Notes under the pieces: generated by a model | Databases searched by the model: none | Seen by the model: only the letters and a program-made list of their open reading frames with translations | Told to the model about the DNA's origin: nothing | Program-made: the position numbers and the translations under genes | In this document: positions 52,901 to 64,000 of the stretch, in pieces | How the letters are laid out: the number at the start of each line of letters is the position of its first letter | How positions within the stretch are numbered: position 1 is the first letter of the stretch | DNA from: Mytilus edulis | Taxonomy: Eukaryota | DNA: 64,000 nt | Assembly: GCF_963676685.1 (NCBI RefSeq) | Contig: NC_092344.1 | Span: 4,092,001-4,156,000 of the forward strand | Direction: 5' to 3'

Positions 52901-55900
52901 TTTTAGTCATTTTTCTGTAGATATTGAGCTGATATTTGATTTAAAATTTTATGATCATCACACTACATTACTTACTAAATAATAACTTATTTTTTTCTAT
53001 AAACATATGATATATATAGTGTGTCCATGTTTTATTTCATAGGTAAGAGTATGGAAGGAACTTCTATTAGCAGCAATTGGAGAACAGTTTTCTGATTGTT
53101 TAGCTGAAGGTAAGGAAAAAGTGTCATCAATTAATATGTTTCTTTATTCCGTCCTTTTTTTTATGCCCCATTTATGGGCATTATGTTTTTTAGTCTGTGA
53201 GATTAATTGAGATTATCATATACTTTTTAAAATAACTGGTGGGGACAGAGGTTAATACATAAAAATTGATTCATGTTTAATGCCACGTTCAGCACTTTTG
53301 TGCTATTAAGTGGCAGTCAATTTGTTTTGGTAGGAAAACTCGCAATCCAAGTCAATAAATATTAGAGTCCATTGCATTTATATTTAAAATTATTGTTTAA
53401 TCAAATCCATTTATTAATGAAAGGACAGATTAAGAATCCTATGATTAATCTATTATGGAAATTATGCAATCACAAAAATGTTCTTTGCATAAGATCTAAA
53501 AGAAAAAAGCAACATTTGATATTTCTTTTACAGACAGTTTTATGAAATTGTTTTAACCAAGTGATGCTTTGCTTCTCCGTCTGTGGTAAAACATCATGTT
53601 TAAAAGATTATCTTTGTTGTACTGTTTTGACCAATTTTGTTCCTAATCCAACGGCTTCTTCTAATGGGTCTCCCTGCCCCGAGATTCTAGCCAGCACACT
53701 TCAATGTTCTTATAAAATTATAATATCTTGCAGGTGATGAAATAAGTGGTATGAGTATTAGTGTACGAGAAAGAGATGATATATTACAAATCTGGAACAC
53801 TCGAGCTTTATTACATGAACAAGCAACAGTTATAGATAAAGTCAAAGAATTACTACCTGATGTTCATTTTCCTGCCATATTTTATAAAGGTAAATATGAT
53901 ATATATTAACATGATTTATAAGTATATATGGAAGTAATTTACAGCTTATATGAAATTCGAACTAAAGTTTTTTTAAAGAAAAATTGGGTGAATGTTAGTA
54001 AGACTAATCTGTTGTTATAGGTAATCCGTTTATGGGATGGGTCATTAATGATCATCAACATTAATTCATTCAAATAGAATCGGTCAGTCAGCAATAATTT
54101 TTGAAGAAATGGGCATACGACAACTTGGGCACAATTTGCAATGTTTACCGTAGTTTCATGGAGAAAAAAAGTAATGACAGAAAGTTGAAAACCATTATCA
54201 ACTCGTTGAAGACACCGTTTTACTTGTTTTCCGTGAAGTAAATAGCTAATTCCGACGTATTTGTCATTGACTGCCCTCAATTTTGATAAGAAAATAACAA
54301 AATCGGCCGCCATATTCAGGGATCTCCATGGATGAAAATTGAACCATGGAGGAACTTTCACCATTACAAACCTTGTCTACGCTGTACAGTGTAGCGCGAT
54401 CGGAAGTATTTTATCCCTCCATACAAAGATGGTGAACATGCTAATTCATTGCTTATTTAAATTATATTTATTTGAATTTTCATTATAGAATTAGAAGTAT
54501 CAATATTTTCATTTATTGCCGTTTTTAACCATTCAAATGCCAAGTCTTCATGGTCCCCCCTTAGTCGAGAATGACCAAAAGCTGTCATGAAGGTCCCCAA
54601 GCAGATTTCTTCTTTTTGGTAATTGTTATGGGGGTTAAAAATCATCTGATGTGGAGCTTATTTTTCGTGGACACTGTCAAATTCAGAGCCCATTACCGGT
54701 ATGGCTGATTTGCAGCAACAACAAAACAATTCGTACGGGTTATGTAAAAGGTTAAAGAGATTTGTAAAGCAAACGTTGACAAATGAAAAGGTTTTTAATG
54801 ACTTTATCTGGAAAAATTGATGCTGTGCAACATGCATCTTTCGAGTCTGAATAGAAACCGGAAACGCCGATGTATCAATTTGATTGTAATATACAAAATG
54901 AATTCGGAATTTAGATACGATATTTCTTTACAGGAAATATTTAAGTTTTTACTTTTAAACTGTTAAAGTAATTCTAAATTATCGTTACAGCAGTACTCGA
55001 GTTATTTGCGATGTAATAATATTTACTGTTTTGCGTCTTATTTTGTACTTCTTAAAAAAGGGGGATGCTGATTGCGTAAGTCAAAATAAAGCACGTGTTC
55101 GACTTGTTAAACTGTTTTCTTTGTAACTGGATTAATTTATTAATTTATTTATTTAATCTAAATGATCATAATCATTTGCTGAAACTTAGTTGATTACTTC
55201 GACAATGGATCGTCTATCCTCAGATAGTATTCTCCTGTCTGGTTTGTTGATCTACCTGTACAAGCTCAGGTACAAGTAATTAGCGATCTTAATCCGGATA
55301 TCCCTCAGGCGTTAGAACTGTATTGGATTATAACATAAAAAGCCTAAGGGTTATGCAATTACATGCATTTGATTATAATTGATAAAAAAATGGCGTCGGG
55401 CTACAAAAAAACGATGAAGTTTTGAACGATGGCGGAAGACAATTTAACGATGGCGCAAGACAATTTAACGATGGCGCGAGTCATTTGACGATGGCGCAAG
55501 ACATTTGAACGATGGCGGGGCTCCATCGTTAAACAGGCCATGGAGATCCCTGCATATTGTTGATCATATTTACATCTTCTATGTACTGTTTATAATCCTC
55601 CAAAGAAGGAGCACACCAGAATAAAGAAAGATAACTCAATCTGATTTTTTTCTAGCATTGAGTAACCCACTTAACATATTCTAAAATATGTCTACATACT
55701 TCTTGCTTAAGAATATATGTGTTTAGGTATTTTGATTTATGGGAAAAGTTAAAGAGGGTCTTAGTAGCAGTGTTGGTAGGGTGTCTTGGTCATCTTTTTC
55801 TGTATTCTTTATTTTTAATACAAATTTTCACTGTTGCTATATCCTAACATTGTGCATTTACTGAGCACAGTTGTTTGTGCTGTATTGCTGTTAAGCACAG

Positions 55901-56944
55901 CAGAGGTAGATATGTATAACTGGTCAAGTGTGTCAGACCATAGAAACAGAATGAAGCAGGTCACCTTTCAAAACATGATCTAAAAACTTGTGTGACGAGC
56001 TGCTTGACAAGTTTTTCATCCTAAAAAGTAGAAAGATAGAGTTCTATATGGGCTAATGATGTTGTTCTTGTATAACCAGTGATTCAACGAATAAACACAA
56101 TGTTTGATTAATATCTTTATTAAAACATGCCCTTTTCATATTATCATATCGCGCGTTAAATGCCCTTTTCAGGATTGGCACCCTGCCCTTTGAAAATCCT
56201 AGCTGGAACACTGCATTATGACAGGGAATTTAAGGGAAAGTTGTCTTCAGTATAGTATTTAATAATTCGATGTAAGAGGTTATACACATACACAGGAAAA
56301 GCTGCCCATTTGGGTAAATTAACACCAACAAAAATATAACATATAAAAAAAAACTTTTTGTTATGCCCCATTTATGGACATTATGTTTTCTCGTCTGTGC
56401 GTCCATTCGTCCTTCCTTCCGTTCGTCCGTCTGTCCCGCTTCAGGTTAAAGTTTTGGTTAAAGTTTTTGATGAAGTTGAAGTCCAATCAACTTGAAAATT
56501 ATTACACATGTTCCCCATGATATGATCTTTCTAATTTTAATGCCAAATTAGAGATTTTCCCCCATTTTTACGTTCTACTGAACATAGATAATGATAGTGC
56601 GGATGGGGCATCCGTGTACTGGGGACAAATGCTTATTTTATATACATCAACCTAAAAATTATATTCGATAAAATAGATTACAATGGATTAACGTCAATTC
56701 GTTGAAATTTTAACTCAAGAAAAATTCTATTTTTTAGGAATATTAAGGACATTTTACTAATACTTCTTATTTTAAGTTTTATAATCTATTTACAAATCAC
56801 ATCTATCTTCAAAACGCTGATTGTGAATGTTTTAAAAGAATATGATTAAAACTCATGTGTTGTAAAAGTTGTTTTCTGTTTTTAGCTTTCCAGACACATT
56901 CAGCATTCGAAGGTGATAAACACAAGTCAAGTTGGAAAGGATGA
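46775..56944 (+). CDS. EIF4E3: Eukaryotic translation initiation factor 4E type 3; join(46775-46932,51351-51423,52083-52177,52630-52690,53043-53109,53734-53889,56886-56944), 222 aa
   Basis: All introns are GT-AG with consistent phases (669 nt). Motifs [83 protein letters not shown] are colinear with vertebrate EIF4E3. Confidence 0.95.
47539..47577 (-). ncRNA. Minimal type I hammerhead ribozyme (PLE type), intact core
   Basis: Minus strand gtc-CTGAAGA-cgcca(cacttgt)tggc-GAAA-cat-GTC-gac; palindromic acatgt stem III. Confidence 0.8.
48403..48441 (+). ncRNA. Second, mutated hammerhead copy
   Basis: gtc-CTGAAGA-cacca..tgac-GAAA-cat-GTT-gac; stem II has mismatches. Confidence 0.65.
48813..50866 (+). 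mobile_element. Helentron-associated non-autonomous element with internal tandem repeats
   Basis: T-run start, subTIR gctcacct/aggtgagc, (cgtc)n, a duplicated core of about 0.5 kb, and a 3' hairpin aggctc-ttta-gagcct followed by ctagtt. Confidence 0.8.
49475..50235. mobile_element. TIR element with 5-bp TSD (hAT5-like) nested in the Helentron-type element
   Basis: GGTTA-cagtgttttcc ... ggaaaacactg-GGTTA. Confidence 0.8.
51351..51423 (+). CDS. EIF4E3: eIF4E-3 exon 2
   Basis: ttcag|[25 protein letters not shown]|gt. Confidence 0.93.
52083..52177 (+). CDS. EIF4E3: eIF4E-3 exon 3
   Basis: [31 protein letters not shown](W). Confidence 0.93.
52630..52690 (+). CDS. EIF4E3: eIF4E-3 exon 4
   Basis: [20 protein letters not shown]|gtaagt. 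Confidence 0.93.
53043..53109 (+). CDS. EIF4E3: eIF4E-3 exon 5
   Basis: [23 protein letters not shown]|gtaagg. Confidence 0.93.
53734..53889 (+). CDS. EIF4E3: eIF4E-3 exon 6
   Basis: [21 protein letters not shown]...PAIFYK-G|gtaaat. Confidence 0.93.
54317..55552. mobile_element. Non-autonomous hAT-like element with 6-bp TSD in eIF4E-3 intron 6
   Basis: Perfect 15-bp TIR cagggatctccatgg; TSD CATATT; five acgatggcg repeats at ~55425-55520. Confidence 0.88.
56355..56640 (+). mobile_element. Helentron-associated element (HINE-like); 5' fragment also at ~53155-53200
   Basis: T-run, atgcccca/tggggcat subTIR, (cgtc)n microsatellite, 3' hairpin remnant. Confidence 0.65.
56886..56944 (+). CDS. EIF4E3: eIF4E-3 last coding exon
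   Basis: tttag|[23 protein letters not shown]. Confidence 0.9.
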
Positions 56945-59900
56945 AAGAGAGAGAAAGAAAAACCAAAGAAAGTCAAAGTTTTTCCCCTAAGCATTCACAC
57001 ATTATGTCATAACCAGTCAACATGTGGTAATTGAGAAGATTGAATGACCTCATTATTGTGAGAAAATTAGGACTCATTAATTTAGTATGAATGATAAAGA
57101 ATACATGTTACTCAAACGTTATGAATGAATTTGATCAAAACCTTCAGGAAAGAACAGTTCTCCTATATCATGTTTATAGCTATATGTGTTTTATAAAATC
57201 AAGAAAAACTGAAAAAGGAAAGAGAAAAACACTAATATATCAAACTTTTAAAGAAATCCTAGGTATTATTGTAGATAACCTTCTTAAAAAATTAAACTGC
57301 TGTTTATGAAGTTGTATCAGATGTTATATTCATGTCCTTACGGCAACATATATATGTAAAACTGTTTTATAGTTGAGGCACAAATGTTTATCTTTAAAAG
57401 AGGTTTGTTTTAAGATTTTTACAAAGTGTTAGTTATTTTAAGACTTGTCTGTGGCAACAAATTCTTTCCAAATTAATTTAAATTATAAAACAAAGAGTAA
57501 GTTACACATTCTACTATCTTTTGAACTGAGTTATGAAAAACAAAAACAGAAAATGGGACATTAGTGTTATGACGTTAAATTAGTTATAATTAGTTCTATA
57601 TTTGACTAGATAGCCACAAATAGAATTGAAATAAATGGTTCTGGCTATTTAAGTCTCTATTTTTTGGTTCTTTATACATGATTATCAGAGTTTTTGGACT
57701 TAAATGGGATTGTTGTATTAGGAGTCCTCCCCAGATCAGACTTATGTTTAGAAGACTTTATTTCCTAGTCATCATGCACATTGTAGTTACTCATGCATTA
57801 GTATTGTACATGTATAGTTAACCATAGTGACTGTATTACAATGAATTGAAATGTAATTTTATAAATTATGTCTTTCACTTATGGAATGATAGAAATGTGA
57901 GTTTTTCTAGAATAACTGCATTTTTGATAGACTTTTGGTATGTTATTTGTAGTATTATTTATTGATATGTTGATCATATGAAGGATGAAATGTGAAATAC
58001 AAGCTTAATACACATTTTCAGGATACATGTTTTTTGGCATATTCCATTGATCGTAATATGATTTTCTAGTACAATATAATATGAATGCACTTGTTAAGTT
58101 TTCTTTAATTGTTCTGTTATGACAAACCTTTAAAAGTGTTTAATTATGTCTGGATTTAACTGATACAATATGTTCTGAAAAATAGTCTTTTCATTTAGAA
58201 AAAAAAGTTTTGTAATGTAGAGGCTTTGCCTATATTTATTATCAATCTAAATCGGCCTTTCTTTTTAATATTGCTTATTTATTTACTTTAAAGTTGTCTG
58301 TTCCTGTCTCCAAATGCAAGGTGCCTAAGGACACTATTAAAACCCAAAATCTATTTTTAACCAAATACTGCTGAAAATGAGTTTCGAACAACAGATTTAT
58401 GTCCTGGTATTGTATAGATATAAACCATGTTTAAGAACAAATCACTCATTTTTAGGGAAAATGGCTTGGCTTGAAATTGTGTTGAAATGGCTGTTTCGCA
58501 GTTTGTAAAGTGAAACATAGTTCCACAAAATTGTCTCATTAATTAAAGATAGGCAATCCTTTATGGTTTACAATTAAATCTCAATTATCTAAAATGAAGA
58601 ACAGTTGACATTTACAAAAAAAAAAATAAGGAGATGACTCAAATGTTTTAGGCAACTATCCACAAAAGATTATTTAGCAATTGATTATGCTTTATTTAAA
58701 TAACCAAATTCTACTGGAATAATATCTACAAAAGTAAGAAACATTTTAAAGGAGTTGCAAACTTAAGAGAGCTTACAACTATGAATAAAAACATCTGCAA
58801 ATAAACTTTAAAAGTTTATGACTGTTCAAGTCTAGAGGCCAAACCAAAAAAAGAGTGTTTAGTGTTTACTCAATGCTTTTTTGTCACAATTCACTACCAA
58901 AAGTACCAATTAAAACTTGAAGTATTTATTTTGAGGCATTCAATAAAAGGCCAAGTAGTGAAACATTTAACACATTTTTTATTATGGCCTCTCATTACCT
59001 GCCTCACAGCATGAACGATGCTATGATTTTTCTTGAGTGAATAAATTAATAATACTTATTTAATATTTTTATTAGATCATTGAATTTCCATTTTATTAAA
59101 CATTTTCATTCCAAACTGTACATGTTTAATACCACTATGTTATGATTTATAGTTTTCATAATCTTATTGTTGGTTTTTTCTCAAGTAATGTGTGCTAAAG
59201 CTTTACCCCTGCTTCTCTGAGGCAGAAGATTCTGTGCTTGTGTTGTTTTCTATCATTTATATTCTATTTATATACTGGTATAGTTGTATATTTTTTTTTT
59301 TTACAATTTTATAGTATCAGAAACAGTTGTACGCAAAATTCTTTGCCATTTTATTTAAAGTTGTGATATTAAAAATGAATTTGAAGTAAAAGGCTGAAGA
59401 GTTCTTTATTCAAGAAACATTAACTTTTTCCCCATCCAGAAAAGTGCTCCAGACACATAACCTTTATCAGGTGTTATTTACACTCCTCTTCAGCATAAAC
59501 TATATACTGTTTAGCTTTTCTACAACTTTCTCCATCTAGAAAGGAAAACATCAATTTTATGGTGAAATAGTTTCTGAACATTTAAAATAATAAAATTAAA
59601 AAATCGCTTTTGAAGAAGTTAAATCTAGAAAACTTTTGTTGGTTTGTATCAGTGGTTGATATTCATATTAGAATCAAATATATGTTTTTACATCATAAGA
59701 GGTAAACAATGTTCTGTATAGTAATATCTAGAGATATATGTGTGTCCTGTGTATGTGTGTCTATATTTAGAAAAATTGAAATGTGAGGAGATGCCATTTT
59801 GTGGTACTTGCATGAAAAAATGTGATAAATCAGAATACAAGTATGTCACTGAAATATTTTATCAAAAGGTAGACATTCTCATTCCATGACTGGGCAATTT

Positions 59901-60047
59901 CAAAAATAACTTTGTGCTTACTTAGCCATTAAAGGGCAAATTCAACTATCCAACATTGTTTCTCAGGTATTAGTTATTACTATTTTCTACGAACACATTA
60001 GTATGCTCAGGTTACATGTCTATTAGTACAAGTATCAGTAAGTTTAA

Positions 60048-60319
60048 GGTGGTACCTAACACTACAGGGAGATAACTCTGTAAAATCAGCTAAATGTTTT
60101 AATTACATTGTGTTGTTCAGGGAATATTAAGCTTCTCAATGATCAAAATAAGTGTTTGTCAAAATGCTATATAACCAGTAAAACGGTTGGTTCAAATTTT
60201 TTGAAATTTTTATATTTTTGTAAAAGGGTCAAAGTAAATACTTTGTCAAAATTTTAAGAAAATTAAACGACCCAAATTAATTTTAGCTAAAGTGTTGGGA
60301 AGTGGTGTTAGGTACCACC
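60048..60319. mobile_element. TTAA-flanked MITE, copy 2
   Basis: Homologous to 44522-44794. Confidence 0.85.
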
Positions 60320-61121
60320 TTAAGTCATCTTTCTGAAATACAAACCATACCCAATAAAACCGTATAGTAATAATGCAATTTTATTGCTTTTAACAAAGCA
60401 AAAATGGTGTTTGTTCACAGTTTCCATTTACGTTTTTCTGAAATGTTTAGATTTTGGGTACCCTTAACTCATTAAAATTTCTATTTAAAAACAGGATTAA
60501 AAAAAATATGAAACGAATCATCAGTTAAAAAAAGTTATTCAAGGCAATTTACATTTTGTTTTCATTTTTGTTCAGCTTTAAAAATAAAGATGGCAGTCCA
60601 TGAATGGAGTATTTTGTGTTTTTTTGTTTATCCACTGAATATTTAATATAAGCTTTCAATATGACTAAGGACAATTTGGAGCATATATCAATGAGGCTTG
60701 CTCAACTGAAAAATACAATAAAGAAAGGTGGTCTTTGACTATGCTTTAAAAAAATAACATAACAAAAATTAAAACCATTAAATACCACAGAAATAATATT
60801 TAAAGAAGAAAATTCCTTTTATTTTAGTATAATATATAATCCAACCAAATATGAATGTATAATAATTTGTAAAAAGGTTTAAATGAAATATATATTGAAT
60901 AAAGGTTCATCACAGATGCAAATGTTTTATGACTGTAGTTTTTAATTGGTGATTGAGAAAGGTGCTTGTTTAAAACAAAACTTGTTTTATTTTTATATTT
61001 TTATTATGTTGTTTGTGTCTTTTTTTTTATTTGTATCTCATCAGGCAAAATAAAATTTCAATTGTCATTTTATATTTTTTTATTTAATGAATTAAATCCT
61101 GAGTTTTGATTACAAATAATT

Positions 61122-63318
61122 GGTCCAAGGACACAGTTATCGTCCTTTGGTTTTCGTTGTCTACGAATATAGTCCCTAGTGTAAACAGTGTATAACTTGC
61201 ATGTCTTATTTGATACACTTTCCCAATTTATTTCTTGATATTAAATGCATGAAATATCAAGTAGGGGGATGTAATTACATGTAAAAAAAAATTGGGTGCT
61301 GAATCTTTATGTTAAGAAGTAAATTGGTCCAGTTCTAAAAGGTCAAATTTTAGCACGTCTGAAGCTGTCAAACTGAATTTTACACCCCCTTAACACAGAA
61401 TTGTCAATATTTTGAGTTAGAGCTGGTAGAAGTTTCTATAATTTTGATATTATTTGTCTCACTGGTAGTACACTACACTGTAAAAATCTTTTTGAGAAAG
61501 AGCAGGTGCGATTTTTTTAATTTGAATTTATTGTCTAAAAGAAATGCACTACGAAATAACTGTGTTCTCGGGCCTAAGAGATGGATTCCTGAAATCTAGA
61601 TTCTGTACTTTGGCAACTTTCCTGAATGATTTGCTGGTTTCAGTTTGTCAAACTCAATCAAAGTAAAGGATTTACATCTTTGGTTTACAGAAATTCTGTT
61701 AAAATGTGCCATTTTGGCATTCTACGGCTATAATAAGCATTTTAAAGCAGTTTACATTTTATGGCTAAGAGGCATGCTGACTTTCTATCTGACAGCTTTT
61801 TTGTTCCTGATATTTGTGTTTCTATGATTAAATCAAATTTAATTAACCATTTGTGAACTCTGGATATAGAGAAAAGTAGATTATCACAGAAAAAAAGTGC
61901 AGATATTTGTATTCACGGCCATGGTTAAACGGCCTAATAGATGTATGTAAAATGTGAAGAGCTTTGTACATCAAATCTGTAGTCCATCACAAATATTTCA
62001 CTAAATCTGTAAAAAAAGCACTTTATTATACTCAGTACACCTTACTCCTTTCATAGGCTACCATTTTTTTTCTCTGTATGACAGTAAGTGGTCCAACTTT
62101 ATGCCTATTAAGGCTAAAACTAAATGCAAGTTTTCCATTGAAAAGTGAAAAAACTGGCCATCAGACCATATTGTTTCTAAAAAAATTAAATGCAAGAGTC
62201 CTTTTGCAATTAGACTTCTTGTATCATAACGCCTTAGCATAGAAATGAGCAAAAAGTTACACATTTTCATTTCTAATAGCTTCTGTGTGCATTTTTATAT
62301 GTCAATATGGGCTACCGCCTAAATCGACTCTAAATAATTCTCAGTACTACATGGCCCAAGACCATTTTATACTCATGTGGTATGCTTTTTGACACTTTTC
62401 TATACATTTAAAGTACATTTTATATATATGAAAGAATAAATTAGGCATAAAAAACTTCAAAATCTTCAAATTGGCTGAGAAAAATGCATATTTATATAAG
62501 GCGTCCCTAAATTGGAAAATCTCTATTTTCAGGCATAGGCTTATATAAATTTAACTTTGGAATAATTACAATACATCTGATAAATAAAAGAGTGTTCAGA
62601 TGCTTTTAATACTTAATATTTGATATTCAAGAGCATTTAAAAAGCAAATTTTTGCAAAATTTAAAATTTTAAGGCCAAAATCTTGACAGTTGAAGATATT
62701 TGATTTACACGTCAAAAATAAACATTCAAATGTCTATATTAAAATGACCCTAGTGTCTCTAATATATGTCATATGGCCATGAAACTTGGCAACCTATCTC
62801 ACAATTGCCTAAGCTTAGGTTATGCAAAGTTTTATAAAGATTGGTCAAGTCTTTCTGTCCTATTAGGTCCAAGGACACAGTTATCGTCCTTTGGTTTTCG
62901 TTGTCTACGAATATAGTCCCTAGTGTAAACAGTGTATAACTTGCATGTCTTATTTGATACACTTTCCCAATTTATTTCTTGATATTAAATGCATGAAATA
63001 TCAAGTAGGGGGATGTAATTACATGTAAAAAAAAATTGGGTGCTGAATCTTTATGTTAAGAAGTAAATTGGTCCAGTTCTAAAAGGTCAAATTTTAGCAC
63101 GTCTGAAGCTGTCAAACTGAATTTTACACCCCCTTAACACAGAATTGTCAATATTTTGAGTTAGAGCTGGTAGAAGTTTCTATAATTTTGATATTATTTG
63201 TCTCACTGGTAGTACACTACACTGTAAAAATCTTTTTGAGAAAGAGCAGGTGCGATTTTTTTAATTTGAATTTATTGTCTAAAAGAAATGCACTACGAAA
63301 TAACTGTGTTCTCGGGCC
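61122..63318. mobile_element. Composite-like DNA element with two identical 453-bp TIR-bounded direct repeats (non-autonomous KolobokP-like)
   Basis: Repeats at 61122-61574 and 62866-63318, each ggtccaaggacacagttat...ataactgtgttctcgggcc. AATT on both outer flanks only. The 1291-bp interior has no long ORF. Confidence 0.85.
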
Positions 63319-63896
63319 AATTAGTCCATATGACTACCATCTATAATATTAAAGGAAGAGACCGATTTCATTCAGCCACATCTACTCTGAAACCAAACAA
63401 AGTCAGAAATATTTGTGATATGATGTATGAATGTAGTGTTTTGTACTTCCTAAACTTGTCTTTGAAACAATCTTTTTTCCACAGAAAAGCCAATTTTTGA
63501 GAAAATAACCCAATTCGGAGACCATTATCAATCAATGTCTTATACGCTTTCGTGCATGCTCAGTTGACGTAACAAATATCAAAGGGATGTTCATCTGATG
63601 GCAGCTGGAGGAGACTTTTGTATTCAGCTTTTATTTTATATGGTAAGAAGAGCTGGATTGATTGATTGTTGGTTGCTTAACGTCGAGTTCCAAATATTTC
63701 ATAATGGTAAACAAGAGCTTGTATACAGATGCTTAATGGTTTGAATTTTCTATCTGGAATATGTAAGTTGTCCATGACCACATTTTCATTGTTTAAAGAC
63801 AGCATTAAACTTCTCATTTTTTTCATCGCATGTTTTTTCCAATTATGAGTTATGGGTAAACTATATTTGATCCTATTTGGTACATAGAATCATTGC

Positions 63897-64000
63897 AAGG
63901 AATACAAACAATTAGAAAGAGTACACCTCCATTTTAACTTATGGTTTATCAATGCTAGATAAGGAATACAAACAATTAGAAAGAGTACACCTCCATTTTA
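63897..64000. repeat. Start of a 64-bp-period tandem repeat
   Basis: aaggaatacaaacaattagaaagagtacacctccatttta at 63897 and 63961; runs off the window end. Confidence 0.8.

Noticed and set aside
61122-63318. LTR retrotransposon/TRIM or simple tandem duplication
   Set aside because: No TG..CA ends, PBS or PPT. Repeat edges coincide exactly with TIRs, and AATT flanks only the outer ends.

Overview
AT-rich eukaryotic (metazoan) genomic DNA. The repeat families suggest a bivalve mollusc such as Mytilus, which is an inference. There is one assembly gap (7401-7545). The only host gene is a 7-exon class III cap-binding factor, eIF4E-3 (46775-56944, + strand, 222 aa); the rest is a dense transposon landscape. 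(1) A 14.5-kb BEL/Pao LTR retrotransposon (13788-28252) with a GACAC TSD and a tRNA-Phe PBS. It has lost its RT by an in-frame deletion and carries an extra C2H2 zinc-finger/acidic-tail ORF at the env position, preceded by three AACGGAG motifs at exact 20-bp spacing that recur in the LTRs. Nested inside it are a full-length DIRS element (ITRs, ICR, AAT crossover site) and a 5-bp-TSD TIR element that itself holds an L1/Tx1 3' end. (2) A 27-bp minisatellite interrupted by a hAT MITE. (3) A hammerhead-ribozyme retrozyme-like unit and a Penelope insertion with two hammerheads. (4) A decayed PHD-ORF1 LINE split by a MULE. (5) A composite element with two identical 453-bp TIR-bounded direct repeats (KolobokP-like), plus a related solo unit. 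(6) Many MITEs and Helentron-type elements. All calls were made by eye; no database searches were run.
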